Shown: positions 1-12,957, counted from the first letter of the stretch. The stretch is 64,000 nt of DNA from Squalus acanthias (GCA_030390025.1 CM059435.1:18476001-18540000); one strand, 5' to 3'. Made by a program: numbers and translations. Notes: generated by a model from the sequence alone, not told the origin.

Positions 1-2213
1 TTTGTATTGTTTCAATTAGCCACACAGTTAGGATTCTTCAATACCCAGCTTGATTCATGAATCATATTATCAATTCTATTTTAATGTTTGTCTATAACAG
101 CTTTTTTGATGATTAGTTTTGCGTACAGAAAGATAGGGAATATACCAATGATGGCGATTAAAAATATTCCCCGCTGCACCATTTCGTACATCTTTATGCA
201 TTTGTTTTGTGATATTGTCATTTACTGCTAATTTATACCAAATTGTAAACAGTTTTGCACCGTCGGCCTGCGCCCAATAGGAACTCTGTTGAAACTGTTC
301 AAACTTACTGGCACTGGAATTCCATTAGTCAGAGCCGGAACTGAACCCTATTGCAGGAGGTGAAGAGATAAAGCAGGTGTATTTTGCAAAGACTGGTAGT
401 GTTGAAAGATGTCATATTTTACACTTTAGAATCAAGACAGCAGTAGGCTATGACTGGACTACCTACAATGTTGATTACAGTGTTTGTGACTGTAACATAT
501 TTGTTGATCATCATTTATTTTTGGAATAGTCCAAAATCAAATCTGAGTGCAATCTATCATATCTGGAAGAGAATTCCAGTGTGATCCAATTGACTGCCAT
601 AATGACCAACTCCAAAGCTTGCAACCCTCTATAGCAGTTCTGAGACTGGATGCAATCTAATCCAATCCCATAATTCCTACCCACCAGTGGTTAAACTGTT
701 GGAGGATAATTCTTGGGGCTTTATACCTTGAAGACCACATCAATTTAATTGTAATTAAGGATGCGTTTACATTACAGCTGCATTTCAGTTTCAAGCCAGG
801 CAGAACCACATTTACATTGTAGGGCTCCTGCCTGGTTTGAACTGTAACAGTCTTGCACAGGAGAGAGCTATACACATGTTTGGATAGAATGGGAGTAATG
901 CTATCTCCCAACAATTGAAAATATGAATGTTTAGAATGAGGAGAGGACAATTTAAGCTATTTAAACATTTAAATTGAGGTTAGGTGGATTTACAAAGAGC
1001 CCAGGAATTCCAAAGGAATAAAGCACGGGCAGGCAGATTGATTGATGCAGCTTTGCCACTTTCAACCATGTTTATTTTTTGGCACAAGGTGACGTGGTTG
1101 ACTCATGCCAGAAAATCTTACACTTAGGCTTAGTTCAAGGTCGACAGTTCTAACTTTAGCCCCAAGTTAATCCTTGATGTGTTTCAATCTCCCTGAGGGT
1201 TTATGAGACAAGTTGTTGTTTTGAGATAGTGGCCCCTGATCAAAGTTGATGACTACCCCTGCTGATGGGCAATAATAAACAACTCTTTAAAATTTTAATA
1301 GTTGACATTTGCTGCTTGCCTTGCAACTTGACAAATAGATATAAAAGTTTACTTAAAGCAAATGGATTCGTACTTTACATTATATAAAATTAGAAAACGT
1401 AAAGACAGATAAATAATTTGTACAATTGTTTGCAGCAAGTGCAAGACATTTTATCACCATCCTGAAGAGACCAGTGTAGAGATTACAAATACATGCAGAG
1501 CATGTGAGGAAAACTGGTACCAAAATGACAGAAATTAGGTCACCACTAGTTAAACTCACAAGTTAATACTCCTACATTTGACATCTGGTGGAAAGCTCCC
1601 AATAACAGCATTCCTGAGATGCGTGATTGATACAGCAGTTGAATATTTTATTTTGCTACCAGATTAAAGGCAAACATCAAATGGCGAAAGAATGTGGGAA
1701 AATGTTTGCTATTATTATAAAATTGAAAATTGGAATGTGTCCATGCAACAATCTTGTTTTCTCTTTGATCTTTTGTGAGTTGGGTCCATCCTGTCCTTTC
1801 TCAATAACTAGGGGATGTGCTGTTGTGTCTCACTTTGTGTGACATGTTTTATTATAGTTTGGATCCTTGAGAAGGGATCATTTTCCTGATAAAGTGACTT
1901 TCATGTCATTTCAGCAAGTTTCTAAACAGTGGAGTGCAATGACCCGGTCTGTAATGCATGTTTATAGTTTTTTTTAAAAGATATATTTAATTTAAACATT
2001 ACAATAATCTGCCCTGAAGCAAATATAGGGACACAATACCTAATATGGCAATTTTGAAATGGAGTTTTAAGAATAAGGAATTACCAGGAACTGAGCTTGC
2101 CCAAAAGCTTGCCCTAATCAATGATGGTGCATATAAGAATAAAAGTCAGGACTTATGGATGCTGTGGAGGGAATTCTAATACTTTAAGTTGAGCAGAAGT
2201 TTCTTATGATGCT

Positions 2214-2326
2214 TCTCTACATTACTACAGTGACTACACTTCAAAAAGTCTTTCATTGGCTGTAAAGCACCTTGGGACTTCCTGAGGTCCTGAAAGGCGC
2301 TATATAAATGCAAGTCCTTTCTTTTC
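2214..2326 (+). mobile_element. 3' tail fragment of SacSINE1/Deu-like SINE
   Basis: Matches the 3' ends of the copies at 52628-53082 and 60284-60723 (acagtgactacacttcaaaa...gcgctatataaatgcaagt). Confidence 0.7.
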
Positions 2327-2510
2327 ATTGTAAAGATCATTCTTCTTAAAATCAGCAAAACCTGAAGGGGTCGGGGGGGAGGGAGGGAGAAAAGGTGAGA
2401 GAAAGAGAGAGGACTTTTCTGTGAAAGAGCAGAAAGGATGACTAAAAAATAATAAAAATGAGAAGTCGCACAACACCAGGTTATAGTCCAACAGATTTAT
2501 TTAATTTTAC

Positions 2511-2540
2511 AAGCTTTCGGAGCTGTCGCTCCTTCGTCAG
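2511..2540 (-). ncRNA. Minimal hammerhead-like motif in the inverted arm
   Basis: Exact reverse complement of 3739-3768. Confidence 0.7.
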
Positions 2541-2974
2541 GTAAGTTAGCAATGAGAGAATCTCCCAGAATTCACAATTTAAACCCAGACAAAATCTATT
2601 CACATTATTCGCTACAACAAAGAGCACAGCCAAGACAATGAGATGTGTCCCAGGGGGTCCAACGTGTCAAACCACCTGCTGGCTGCATATCCTGTCAATT
2701 TGTGTTCTTGTGTTAGCCTTTTTAAAAAAAAAAAACCCAAAAAAAAACACCTGGGAAGACCGGCCATGATGTCAAGTCACGTTCTGTATCGTGACATGAA
2801 CCCGATATCGCGATTGAGGCCATCCTCATGAGTGCGGAACTTGGCTATCAGTTTCTGCTCTATGATTTTGCGCTGTCGTGTATCTCGAAGGCCGCCTTGG
2901 AGAACGCTTACCCGCAGATCCGAGGCTGAATGCCCCTGGCTGCTGAAGTGTTCCCCGACTGGGAGGCAACCCTC

Positions 2975-3504
2975 GCCTCCCACTACTCGCCTTCAAGCAG
3001 CCGCCTAACCTCAAAAGTACCATCGTTCGCAGCAGATTACCCATCTTTCAGGAGAACAGCAACCAAGACACCACACAACCCTGCCACAGCAACCTCTGCA
3101 AGACATGCCAAATCATGGACACAGATACCATCATCACACGTGAGGACACTACCCACCAGGTACACGGTACATACTCATGTGACTCGGCCAACGTTGTCTA
3201 CCTGATACGTTGCAGTAAAGGATGCTCCAGAGCATGGTACATCGGCGAGACCATGCAGACACTGAGACAACGTATGAACGGACACCGCGCAACAATCGCC
3301 AGGCAGGAGGGTTGCCTCCCAGTCGGGGAACACTTCAGCAGCCAGGGGCATTCAGCCTCGGATCTGCGGGTAAGCGTTCTCCAAGGCGGCCTTCGAGATA
3401 CACGACAGCGCAAAATCATAGAGCAGAAACTGATAGCCAAGTTCCGCACTCATGAGGATGGCCTCAATCGCGATATCGGGTTCATGTCACGATACAGAAC
3501 ATGA
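2975..3504 (+). pseudogene. Penelope C-terminal linker and GIY-YIG endonuclease (RT missing)
   Basis: Reads PLLAFKQPPNL..., then ORF 3115-3504 with NVVYLIRCSKGCSRAWYIGETMQTLRQRMNGHR...GLNRD. Confidence 0.88.
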
Positions 3505-3738
3505 CTTGACATCATGGCCGGTCTTCCCAGGTGTTTTTTTTTTGGTTTTTTTTTAAAAAAGGCTAACACAAGAACACAAATTGACAGGATATGCAGCCAG
3601 CAGGTGGTTTGACACGTTGGACCCCCTGGGACACATCTCATTGTCTTGGCTGTGCTCTTTGTTGTAGCGAATAATGTGAATAGATTTTGTCTGGGTTTAA
3701 ATTGTGAATTCTGGGAGATTCTCTCATTGCTAACTTAC

Positions 3739-3768
3739 CTGACGAAGGAGCGACAGCTCCGAAAGCTT
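3739..3768 (+). ncRNA. Minimal hammerhead-ribozyme-like motif in Penelope pLTR
   Basis: CTGACGA-A-GGAGC-GACA-GCTCC-GAAA followed by palindromic AAGCTT, the pattern of minimal hammerheads known from Penelope-like elements. Confidence 0.7.
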
Positions 3769-6442
3769 GTAAAATTAAATAAATCTGTTGGACTATAACC
3801 TGGTGTTGTGCGACTTCTCATTTTTGTCCACCCCAGTCCAACGCCGGCATCTCCACATCATAAAAAATAATAGAGAGAGAGAAGATGAATTATGAGAGTA
3901 AGCTGGCAAGAAACATTAAAACAGATAGTAAGAGCTTCTACAGGTATATAAAAAGGAAGAGGGTAACTAAAGTAAATGTTGGTCCCTTAGAGGATGAGAC
4001 TGGGGAATTAATAATGGGGAACGGGGAAATGGCAGAGACTCTGAACAAATATTTTGTATCTGTCTTCATGGTAGAAGACACGAACATCATCCCAAAAATG
4101 GATCATCAAGGGGCCACAGGGAGGGGGGAAACTAAAGACAATCACTATCACTAAGGAAAAAGTACTTGGTAAAATAATGGGACTAAAAGATGACAAGTCC
4201 CCTGGACCTGATGGCCTGCATCGCAGGGTCTTAAAAGAAGTGGCTGCAGAGATAGTGGATGCATTGGTTGCAATATACCAAAATTCCCTGGACTCTGGAA
4301 AGGTCCCAGCGGATTGGAAAACTGCAAATGTAACACCCCTATTTAAGAAAGGATGGAGACAGAAAGCAGGAAACTATAGACCAGTTAGCCTAACATTTGT
4401 CATTGGGAAAATGCTGGAGTCCTTCATTAAGGAAGCAGTAGCAGGGCATTTGGAAAATCATAATGCAGTCAAGCAGAGTCAACATGGTTTTATGAAAGGG
4501 AAATTATGTTTAACAAATTTGCTGGAGTTCTTTGAGGATGTAACGAGCAGGGTGGACAAAGGTGAACCAGTAGATGTGGTGTATTTGGATTTCCAGAAGG
4601 CATTCGATAAGGTGCCACATAGAAGGTTACTGCATAAGATAAGAGCTCACGGAATTGGGAGTAATATGTTAGCATGGATAGAGAATTGGCTAACTAACAG
4701 AAAGCAGAGAGTCGGGATAAATGGGTCATTTTCCGGTTGGCAAACAGTAACTAGTGGGGTGCCACAGGGATCGGTGCTGGGGCCTCAACTATTTACAATC
4801 TACATTAATAACTTGGATGAAGGGACCGAGTGTAATGTAGCCAAGTTTGCGGATGATACAAAAATGGTTGGGAAAGCAAGTTGTGCAGAGGACTCAAAGA
4901 ATCTGCAAAGGGTTTTAGACAGGCTAAGTGAGTGGGCAAACATTTGGCAGATTGAGTATAATGTGGGAAAGTGCGAGGTTATACACTTTGGCAGGAAAAA
5001 TAAAAAAGCAAATTATTATTTAAATGGAGAGAGATTACAAAATGCTACAGTTCAGAGGGACCTGGGGGTCCTTGTGCATGAAACACAAAAAAGTTAGCAT
5101 GCAGGTACAGCAAGTAATCAAAAAGGCAAATGGAATGTTGGCCTTTATTTCAAGGGGGTTGGAGTATAAAAACAGGGAAGTCCTGTTACAACTGTATAGG
5201 GTATTGGTGAGACCACACCTTGAGTACTGCGTACAGTTTTGGTCTCCTTATTTAAGGAAGGATATACTTGCATTGGAGGCAGTTCAGAGACAATTCACTA
5301 GGTTAATTCCAGAGATGAGGGTTTTGACTTATGAGGAAAGGTTGAGCAGGCTGGGCCTATGCTCTTTGGAATTTAGAAGAATGAGAGGTGATCTATTGAA
5401 ATATATAAGATACTGAGGGGGCTCAACAAGGTAGATGCAGAGAGGATGTTTCCCCTCGTGGGGAAATCTAAAACTCGGTGGCACAGTTTTAGAATAAAGG
5501 GTCGCCCTTTTAGAACTGAGATGAGGAGGAATTTCTTCTCTCAGAGGGTCGTAAATCTGTGGAATTCTCTGCCCCAGAGAGCTGTGGAGGCTGGGTCATT
5601 AAGTACATTTAAGGTGGAGATAGACAGATTTTTGCAAGATAAGAGAGTGAAGGGTTATGGGGAGCGGGCTGGGAAGTGGCTTTGAGCCCAAGATCAGCCA
5701 TGATCTTATTGAATGGCGGAGCAGGCTCGAGGGGCCAAGTGGCCTATTCCTGCTCCTATTTCTTATGTTCTTCTGTTCTTATATATTGTATTCTTTTCTC
5801 TATTGTAATCTTATTCAGTTTGATTATTTTTGCTCAGAAAAATTGTAGTACACTAAAATATTTTCATCAGATACAAATAGCATGCATGTGGGAAACAGAT
5901 TGATATTTCCTGGGAGATATTTGGTAAAGGGATCACTTCTACTGTTTGAAGATCAAATCAGAATTCAGGATTCAGAGGATTACTGCAATAATTAAGCCTT
6001 TAAGTATGAAAATGTGTGAAGGGTACTTTATATTTGCCAGGTCCGAAACAATGTGTGGAATGTTGTATTGCTAATGAACTACAGTAATTTCAATCTCATG
6101 GGAGTCTCAGGCCAGCGAATGTATTGTATGTTTAAACAGCTGCATACAGTGAGTAGGGTGGGGAGGAGATAACTATAGGTAGCCTTTGAGAAAAGATCAT
6201 TTAAAAGAGAAAGGAAGGGTGAGCAATTTGAAATAAATTGTTTAGACCAAGGATATTAAATCAGGTGATTGTTTTGTTGTAGTACAACTCTAAAAAGTAT
6301 TTTACAAAAATGGCATCTGGAGCATTGAGTATGAACCAAAGCACAGTGATTATTATTAATAATCAGTGATAATAATCAGTCATAAGAAATCGTGTTTGGA
6401 TTGGATGCAATACAGAATTCCGCTGCCAGGGTCCAGTTTATC

Positions 6443-8365
6443 CAACAACAACAACAACAACTTGCATTTATATAGCGCCTTTAATGTAGTAAAACGTCCC
6501 AGGGCGCTTCACAGGGGCGTTATCAAACAAAATTTGGCATCGAGCCACATAAGGAGATTTTAGGGCAGATGGGCAAAAGCTTGGTCAAAGAGGTAGGTTT
6601 TAAGGAGCGTCTTAAATGGGAAAGAGAGGTAGAGAGGCAGAGAGGTTTAGGGATGGAATTCCAGAGCTTAGGTCCTTGGTAGCTGAAGGCACAGCCGCGA
6701 ATGGTGGAGCGATTAAAATTGGGGATGCTCATGAGGCCAGAATTGGAGGAATGCAGAGATCTCGAATCTTCCAAAATTCTATAGGCTCTGGAACAGTTCC
6801 CATGGATTGGAGGATAGCTAATGTAACCCCACTATTTAAAAAAGGTGGTAGAGAGAAAACGGGGAATTATAGACCGGTAAGCCTGACATCGGTAGTGGGG
6901 AAAATGCTAGAGTCCATTTTAAAAGATGTAATAGCAGAGCACTTGGAAAACAGTAACAGGATCGGACAAAGTCAACATGGATTTACAAAAGGTAAATCAT
7001 GCTTGACTAATCTACTGGAATTTTTTGAGGATGTAACTGGTAGAATAGATAAGGGAGAACCAGTGGATGTGGTGTATTTGGACTTTCAGAAGGCTTTTGA
7101 TAAGGTCCCGCATAAGAGATTGGCGTGCAAAGTTAAAGCACATGGGATTGGGGGGTAAGGTACTGACTTGGATAGAGAACTGGTTGGCAGACAGGAAGCA
7201 AAGAGTTGGAACAAATGGGTCTTTTTCCGAGTGGCAGGCAGTGACTAGTGGGGTACCGCAGGGATCGGTGCTTGGACCCCAGCTATTCACAATATATATT
7301 AATGATCTAGACGAGGGAACTAGATGGAATATCTCCAAGTTTGCAGACAACACAAAGCTGGGTGGGCGTGTGTGCTGTGAGGAGGATGCAGAGAAACTCC
7401 AGTATGATTTGGACAGGTTGGGTGATTGGGCAGATGCATGGCAGATGCAGTATAATGTGGATAAATGCGAGGTTATCCACTTTGGTGGCAAAAACAGGAA
7501 GACAGATTATTATCTGAACGGCAATAGATTGGGAAAAGGGGAAGTGCAACGAGACCTGGGTGTCCTTGTGCACCAGTCGCTGAAGGTAAGTATGCAGGTG
7601 CAGCAGGCGGTTAAGAAGGCAAATGGTATGTTGGCCTTCATAGCAAGAGGATTCGAGTACAGGAGCAAGGATGTCTTGCTGCAGTTGTACAGGGCCTTGG
7701 TGAGACCACACCTTGAGTATTGTGTGCAGTTTTGGTCACCTTATCTGAGAAAGGATGTTCTTGCCATGGAGGGAGTGCAGCAAAGATTCACCAGACTGAT
7801 ACCTGGGATGGCAGGAATGACTTATGAAGAGAGATTGGGTCGATTAGGCTTATATTCGCTAGCGTTTAGAAGAATGAGAGGGGATCTCATTGAAACTTAT
7901 AAAATTCTAACAGGACTAGACAGACTAGATGCAGGAAGGATGTTCCCGATGGCGGGGGAGTCCAGAACCAGAGGTCACAGTCTAAGGATAAGGGGTAAGC
8001 CATTCAGGACTGAGATGAGGAGGAATTTCTTCACCCAGAGAGAGGTGAACCTGTGGAATTCTCTACCACAGAAGGCAGTTGAGGCCAATTCATTAAATAT
8101 ATTCAAGAAGGAGTTAGATATATTTCTTAAGGCTAAGGGGATCAAGGGATATGAAGAGAAAGCAGGGACAGGGTACTGAATTTGGATGATCAGCCATGAT
8201 CGCATTGAATGGTGGAGCAGGCTCGAGGGGCTGAATGGCCTACTCCTGCTCCTATCTTCCATGTTTCTATGAAGGGTTGTAGGGCTGGAGGAGATTATAG
8301 AGATAGAGAGGGGTGATCAATGGAGGGATTTGAAAACAAGGATGAGAATTTTTAAATTGAGGCAT
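6443..8365 (-). mobile_element. L2-type LINE 3' fragment split by a CR1 insertion
   Basis: (CAA)n tail plus cttgcatttatatagcgcc at 6443. Minus-strand translation gives RGCAFSYQGPKLWNSIP. Sequence resumes at 8271. Confidence 0.75.
6766..8270 (+). mobile_element. 5'-truncated CR1 LINE
   Basis: RT motifs in ORFs 6616-7158 and 7067-8179, one frameshift at the G-run near 7150, FADD changed to FADN, CR1 3' tail. Confidence 0.93.
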
Positions 8366-9361
8366 TTCTCAACCCTTCATACATTTTCACACTTAAAGGC
8401 TCAAATATTGCAGTAATCCTCTGAATCCTGAATTCTGATTTGACCAGAAAATGCAGTTATGTCCCTGTAGGTTAGTTAGTTACATTAATTATACTACAGA
8501 AACATTTTACCAATATATCAGGAATACTAAATAGATTTGGAGAATAGTGGAATGCTAATTTGATTACACTTATGTAGACAATACAAATTAACTTATGCGT
8601 TGAATGCATACGCGTTGAAAAGGGTTCTATGTATTTCATTCCAAAAAATAACTACACCTTGAAATTACGCTGTGCGAATATCACTGGGTGAACACTTAAC
8701 GTGTTCATGTGAAATTCCTTTGGTCTTTAACGAACATGTAAACAGGTTGATGTGTCTGTTAAAACTGACTGTTTGTAAGATTCACAGTGTAATATCAAGT
8801 CCGTACCTATAACTGATCCTTATAAAATGCTGAGGACTTGATACCTGTCTGGCAAGTTCCCAGACAGCAGATACTTATGTTTCACTGTGTGACTCATCCT
8901 GTCATGATTAATGATTAATGATCAGGAATACAAGATTCCCAGAGGTTTTCAACTTGTTTCCACCATTTAATTCCCTTGGGGATTTTTGCATGACTTTTTT
9001 CCTGTGTACCAATAGGAGTGGGAAAACAAGAAGGAAAGTACAGAAACAATAAGTTTGCTAGGATATTTTACAAATGGTGTAAACATACATTAGTTGAAGC
9101 TGGTGTACCACATTAACACACACGTTTCTCTTTTGCAGTGAGCTCCATGCATTGGACATGACTAGTTCCATGTTGCTTGGCTAGATTCTCACGTACTTAG
9201 CCTGTACAGTTTCTTATAATTCATCACTACCAACCACTGCAGAAATTAAAGGCCTATTAGTCCTTATTTAACTAATTGTAGAATCATAGAATATTACAGC
9301 GCAGAATTCGACCATTTAACCATCAAGTTTACACTGTTGTTTTTCTCTCATATGAAACAGT

Positions 9362-10108
9362 GGGGGAGAAATTCGGTGGGGTAGCGCCTCCCATTAGCGC
9401 CCCCGGGGGGCGATAACGGGGCGCTAACGACTTACCGCCCGGGCGTGGTGAGAAGAACGACTTCCGTGAACTTCAGTGAGAGGTTTGCGGCAGCGGTAAG
9501 TCTTTGCGACACGATCTCCTTCGCCCGGAGATCATGACGTCATTGCCGTGCGCATCGCCCCAGACCCGAACTTCGGTTCCGCCCCCTGCAGCATCGCCGG
9601 GTGATGACACCGACAGCTGCAGGAGGCGTCGATCGGGAGGCCGGGCGCTTCGGGGGCGAAAGTTAAAGGGAGGTTGCCGAGGTAAGTAACTAAATTGCTG
9701 AAATGGTTTTGGTCAGTTTTTTTGGCTTCTCCTGGGCTGCGATCGATCAGCCCGGCACTCTGCTGGAGTGCGTGGGGCTGATTGAGCCGGATCGTGGCCA
9801 CCATCGGGGACCAGCTCACTGGTCCCAATGCAGAGCCTGCAGCGATGGCCCTTCCCTTTAAGGGAGGGAAGGAGCCTCGGATCGCGGCAGTGCTGCACGG
9901 GACATTGTGCAGCGCTGCACAACTACCGCCTGCCTGCATCCTTCAGCGCTCCAGGAAGGAAGTGGAGTGCTTGATTTAGCGCTCCACTCCCTTCCTGGAG
10001 CACTAAACCCAATTTCATGAAAGCTGAGAATCATTAGCGCCTGGCGCTAAGTTTCCCAGCTTTCATAGGTTTCCGCCCCCAAGCAGGGCGATAATGAATT
10101 TCTCCCCC
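9362..10108. mobile_element. Harbinger-type non-autonomous element (MITE)
   Basis: TIR GGGGGAGAAATTC / GAATTTCTCCCCC with TTAGCGCC/GGCGCTAA subterminal repeats like the full-length Harbingers. No clean TSD. Confidence 0.82.
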
Positions 10109-11796
10109 ATAGAATCTCATCCAATTTTCTGCTGACTTCCATATCTTTCAATATTACTCTTTTCAAGCAATTCCCTTTTAAAACAATTTATAGACTCTGT
10201 TTCAGCACCAGTTGATGGCAGAGCATTCCTCATATTGACCATCTTTTATGTAAAGGTATTTTGCTAACCTCCCTTTTAATTTTTTCTGTGATTATTTTAA
10301 ATTTGTACCCATTCATTCCCATTGTAATGGCCAATAGAAACAATCTTTCACTATTTATCTATCATAATCCTTCATAATATTGAAGACCTCTATTAAGATA
10401 CCTCTGAAAGACTTCTATCAGGTCACACCTGAACATTATTAGTTCTAGTGTAAAAAGTCCTAACATCTCAAGTCTCTCTTTCTAACTGTAACACCCCTTC
10501 CTTCCTGGTAACATTCTGGTGAATGTGCGTTACATTGTTTCCATTGCTTTTATATCCTTTCTATAATGGGACACTCAAAACTGTACACAGTATACCAACT
10601 GTGGTCTAAAGTCCCGTACAAGTTCAACATTACCTCCTTGCTTTTATATTTAAGCCTCTAGGTAAAAAAAGCAAAGGTTGGTTTGCTTTTTTATGGCCTT
10701 ATCTACTTGCAGTGCCACCTCTAATGACCCACGTTTCTGCACACACTCTGCTCATCTACTCCATTTAAAATATTACAATTTAAGGTGTATTTCTTTCCCT
10801 ATTCTTACTTCCAAAATGTATTACTTCACATTTCTCTACATTGAACTGTATTTGCCACCTGTCTGGCCAGCTGATAGCCTATGAATGTCCTTGCAGCCTT
10901 TCTCACTCTTCATCACAATTTGAAATACCCACCTCCTCCTAATTTGGTGTCAACAGAAAAATGTTGATACCGTTTCCTCAGTGACTAAGTCCAGATCATT
11001 CACATATACAGTAAATAAGAGTGTGTTCAACGTGAGCCTCTGTGAAACAAAACTTACCAAACCTTTCCATTCCAGAAACTTCCATTTACCATGGTCACAT
11101 TCTCTTTAACTACATGTTGTTGAGGCTGCCACGAAACACAAATTAAGACTGAATCCATGTGTGGGAAACAAAGGCTTTTTAATACAACTGCATGGTCCAA
11201 AACTGCTGAACCGAAAGCTCCCAGAATTCTCTGGCAAACCCTGAGGCCCCGCCCACTCCTTTTCTCCTGCCTTAAAGGCAAGGGGGTAAAAATTCAGTTG
11301 GTTGCGCCTCCCGTTAGCGCCTTAAATGGGCGCTAATGGGGCGTTAAGGCGCTAACGCCCGGGCGCAGCGCTGTTTGCGCCGCTCGAGAACTTAACTTGA
11401 GATTCTGCGGCGGCGCTAAAACTTACCGCTGCGACCACCTGCGCGCGCAGATTGTGACGTCATTCCGTGGTGCAACGCCCTTGGGGCGCCCCGGAGCGGA
11501 AATTGAGTGGCGCCCCCTGCCTTACCGCCTGGCGCTTCCAACGACCGGAAGACTGGAACGTTATCAATCGGTGTGGGGCTGGGGGGGGCGCTATTTAAAG
11601 GGGGCCTCTTCCTGTCTTTTTCTGTGGTCGACATTTATGCACCACTCGTTCTGAGAGAGAGAGAGAGATTCGGAGAGAGAGAGAGAGAGAGACTTCTACA
11701 TTGACTCAACGCTTTGTGAGGTAGTTTTGCCGAGTTCATCCTAACTTTGCTGCTACTTTCGTTGCTGTACCTCATTAATTTTCTGGCAAAGAGAAT

Positions 11797-12957
11797 ATGG
11801 GGGCTGCAATGATTGGGGGCGTCGTCCTGCTCCAGCTCAATCGGAGGAGAGTGAGACGCAGACAGAGAGTGGCAATGATGGCCAGACGGAGGAGGGCCAT
11901 CAGGCGCATGTACAGGAGAGCTTACCCTCCCAGGGTATATCGTGAACAGCTCTCCTACATCCACATGTCCGAGGAGCTGTGTTTGCGAAGGCTGCGATTC
12001 AGCAAGGAGGTGGTCACTGAGCTCTGCCACCTGCTGCAGCCAGATCTGCAGCCTCAGCTGAGGTCCAGGACGTCTCTGTCGGTGGCAGTGAAGGTCACAG
12101 TGGCTTTGAACTTCTACGCCACTGGCTCATTCCAAGCTGCTGTTGGGGACCTCGCCAACATCTCCCAGTTTGCGGTGCATCGCTGCATCCGGCAGGTCAC
12201 CAATGCCCTCTTCACAAGGAGACGAGACTTCATCTCCTTCCCTATGACCCCAGACAAGCAGCATGACCGTGCTATGGGCTTTGCGAGGGTAGCGGGCTTC
12301 CCCATGGTGCAGGGCGCCATTGACTGCACGCATGTGGCTTTGCGTGCTCCGCGAGAGAATGCAGAGGAGTTCCGGAACAGAAAGGGGTTCCATTCCTTGA
12401 ATGTGCAGTTGGTCTGTGACCACAGACAGGTGATTCTCGCTGTCAATGCCCACTATCCGGGCAGCTGCCACGATGCTTTCATCCTGCGCCAGAGTACTGT
12501 GGCAGAAATTTTCGAGGCACCGCATCAGCCAGTTGGTTGGCTTCTGGGGGACAAGGGGTACGCATTGAGCACCTGGCTGATGACACCGCTCCGTGCGCCA
12601 AACACCCCTGCTGAGCTGCGGTACCAGGAAAGCCAACAAGCAACGAGGAACATTATTGAGCGCACAATCGGCGTGCTCAAACAACGATTCCGCTGTCTGG
12701 ACCATTCCGGAGGAGCCCTGCAGTACTCGCCTGAGCAAGATTCCAAATTCGTAGTGGTGTGCTGCATGTTGCACAACATGGCAATCCTCAGGACGCAGCC
12801 AATGCCACCAGGCCTTGCAGCACCACAAGAGGAGGAGGAGGAAGAGGAGGAACAGGCCGAGGACGATGATCAGCAGCAGCACCAAGGCAGGAGGGCGGCC
12901 CACAATGGTCAAACTGCAAGGGCCGTCCGTCAACGACTAATAGCAAGCCGCTTCTAG
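11797..12957 (+). CDS. Harbinger (HARBI1-like) DDE transposase, 386 aa, open
   Basis: GAIDCTH, NRKGFHSLNVQ, PGSCHD, LLGDKGY, RNIIERTIGVLKQRFRCL, acidic C-terminus. Confidence 0.92.
   Translation: MGAAMIGGVVLLQLNRRRVRRRQRVAMMARRRRAIRRMYRRAYPPRVYREQLSYIHMSEELCLRRLRFSKEVVTELCHLLQPDLQPQLRSRTSLSVAVKVTVALNFYATGSFQAAVGDLANISQFAVHRCIRQVTNALFTRRRDFISFPMTPDKQHDRAMGFARVAGFPMVQGAIDCTHVALRAPRENAEEFRNRKGFHSLNVQLVCDHRQVILAVNAHYPGSCHDAFILRQSTVAEIFEAPHQPVGWLLGDKGYALSTWLMTPLRAPNTPAELRYQESQQATRNIIERTIGVLKQRFRCLDHSGGALQYSPEQDSKFVVVCCMLHNMAILRTQPMPPGLAAPQEEEEEEEEQAEDDDQQQHQGRRAAHNGQTARAVRQRLIASRF

Larger units (their letters stand above)
2454..3860 (+). mobile_element. 5'-truncated Penelope-like retroelement with inverted pseudo-LTR, inserted in a CR1
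   Basis: 2454-2974 is the reverse complement of 3307-3825. 35-nt unpaired tail at 3826-3860. TSD TAAAAAATAAT(A) at 2443-2453 and 3861-3871. Carries a GIY-YIG ORF and hammerhead motifs. Confidence 0.9.
2428..5783 (+). mobile_element. 5'-truncated CR1 LINE (frameshifted ORF2/RT), interrupted by the Penelope element
   Basis: ORF pieces 3885-4154, 4177-5097, 5024-5416 and 5446-5685 contain NYRPVSLT, DFQKAFDKV, GVPQGSVLGP, KFADD and RPHLEYCVQFWSP. Ends in a ttcttatg-type tail. 5' stub at 2428-2453. Confidence 0.93.
5953..8443. repeat. 71-bp inverted repeat pair (5953-6023 and 8373-8443)
   Basis: tcaaatcagaattcaggattcagagg...gaaggg and its reverse complement, about 4 mismatches. Confidence 0.85.

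Noticed and set aside
6616-7158. 180-aa ORF with an unusual N-terminus
   Set aside because: Spans the junction of antisense L2 and the inserted CR1.
11652-11692. (GA)n tract as an independent microsatellite
   Set aside because: Part of the Harbinger transposase leader, also present in copy 2 and the deletion derivative.
12127-12933. 268-aa antisense ORF with hydrophobic Leu run
   Set aside because: Antisense of the transposase; the Leu run mirrors the Glu tract.
11797-12957. Host HARBI1 gene
   Set aside because: Lies between TIRs with a TSD inside an LTR and has a second copy in the window, so it is a transposon ORF.
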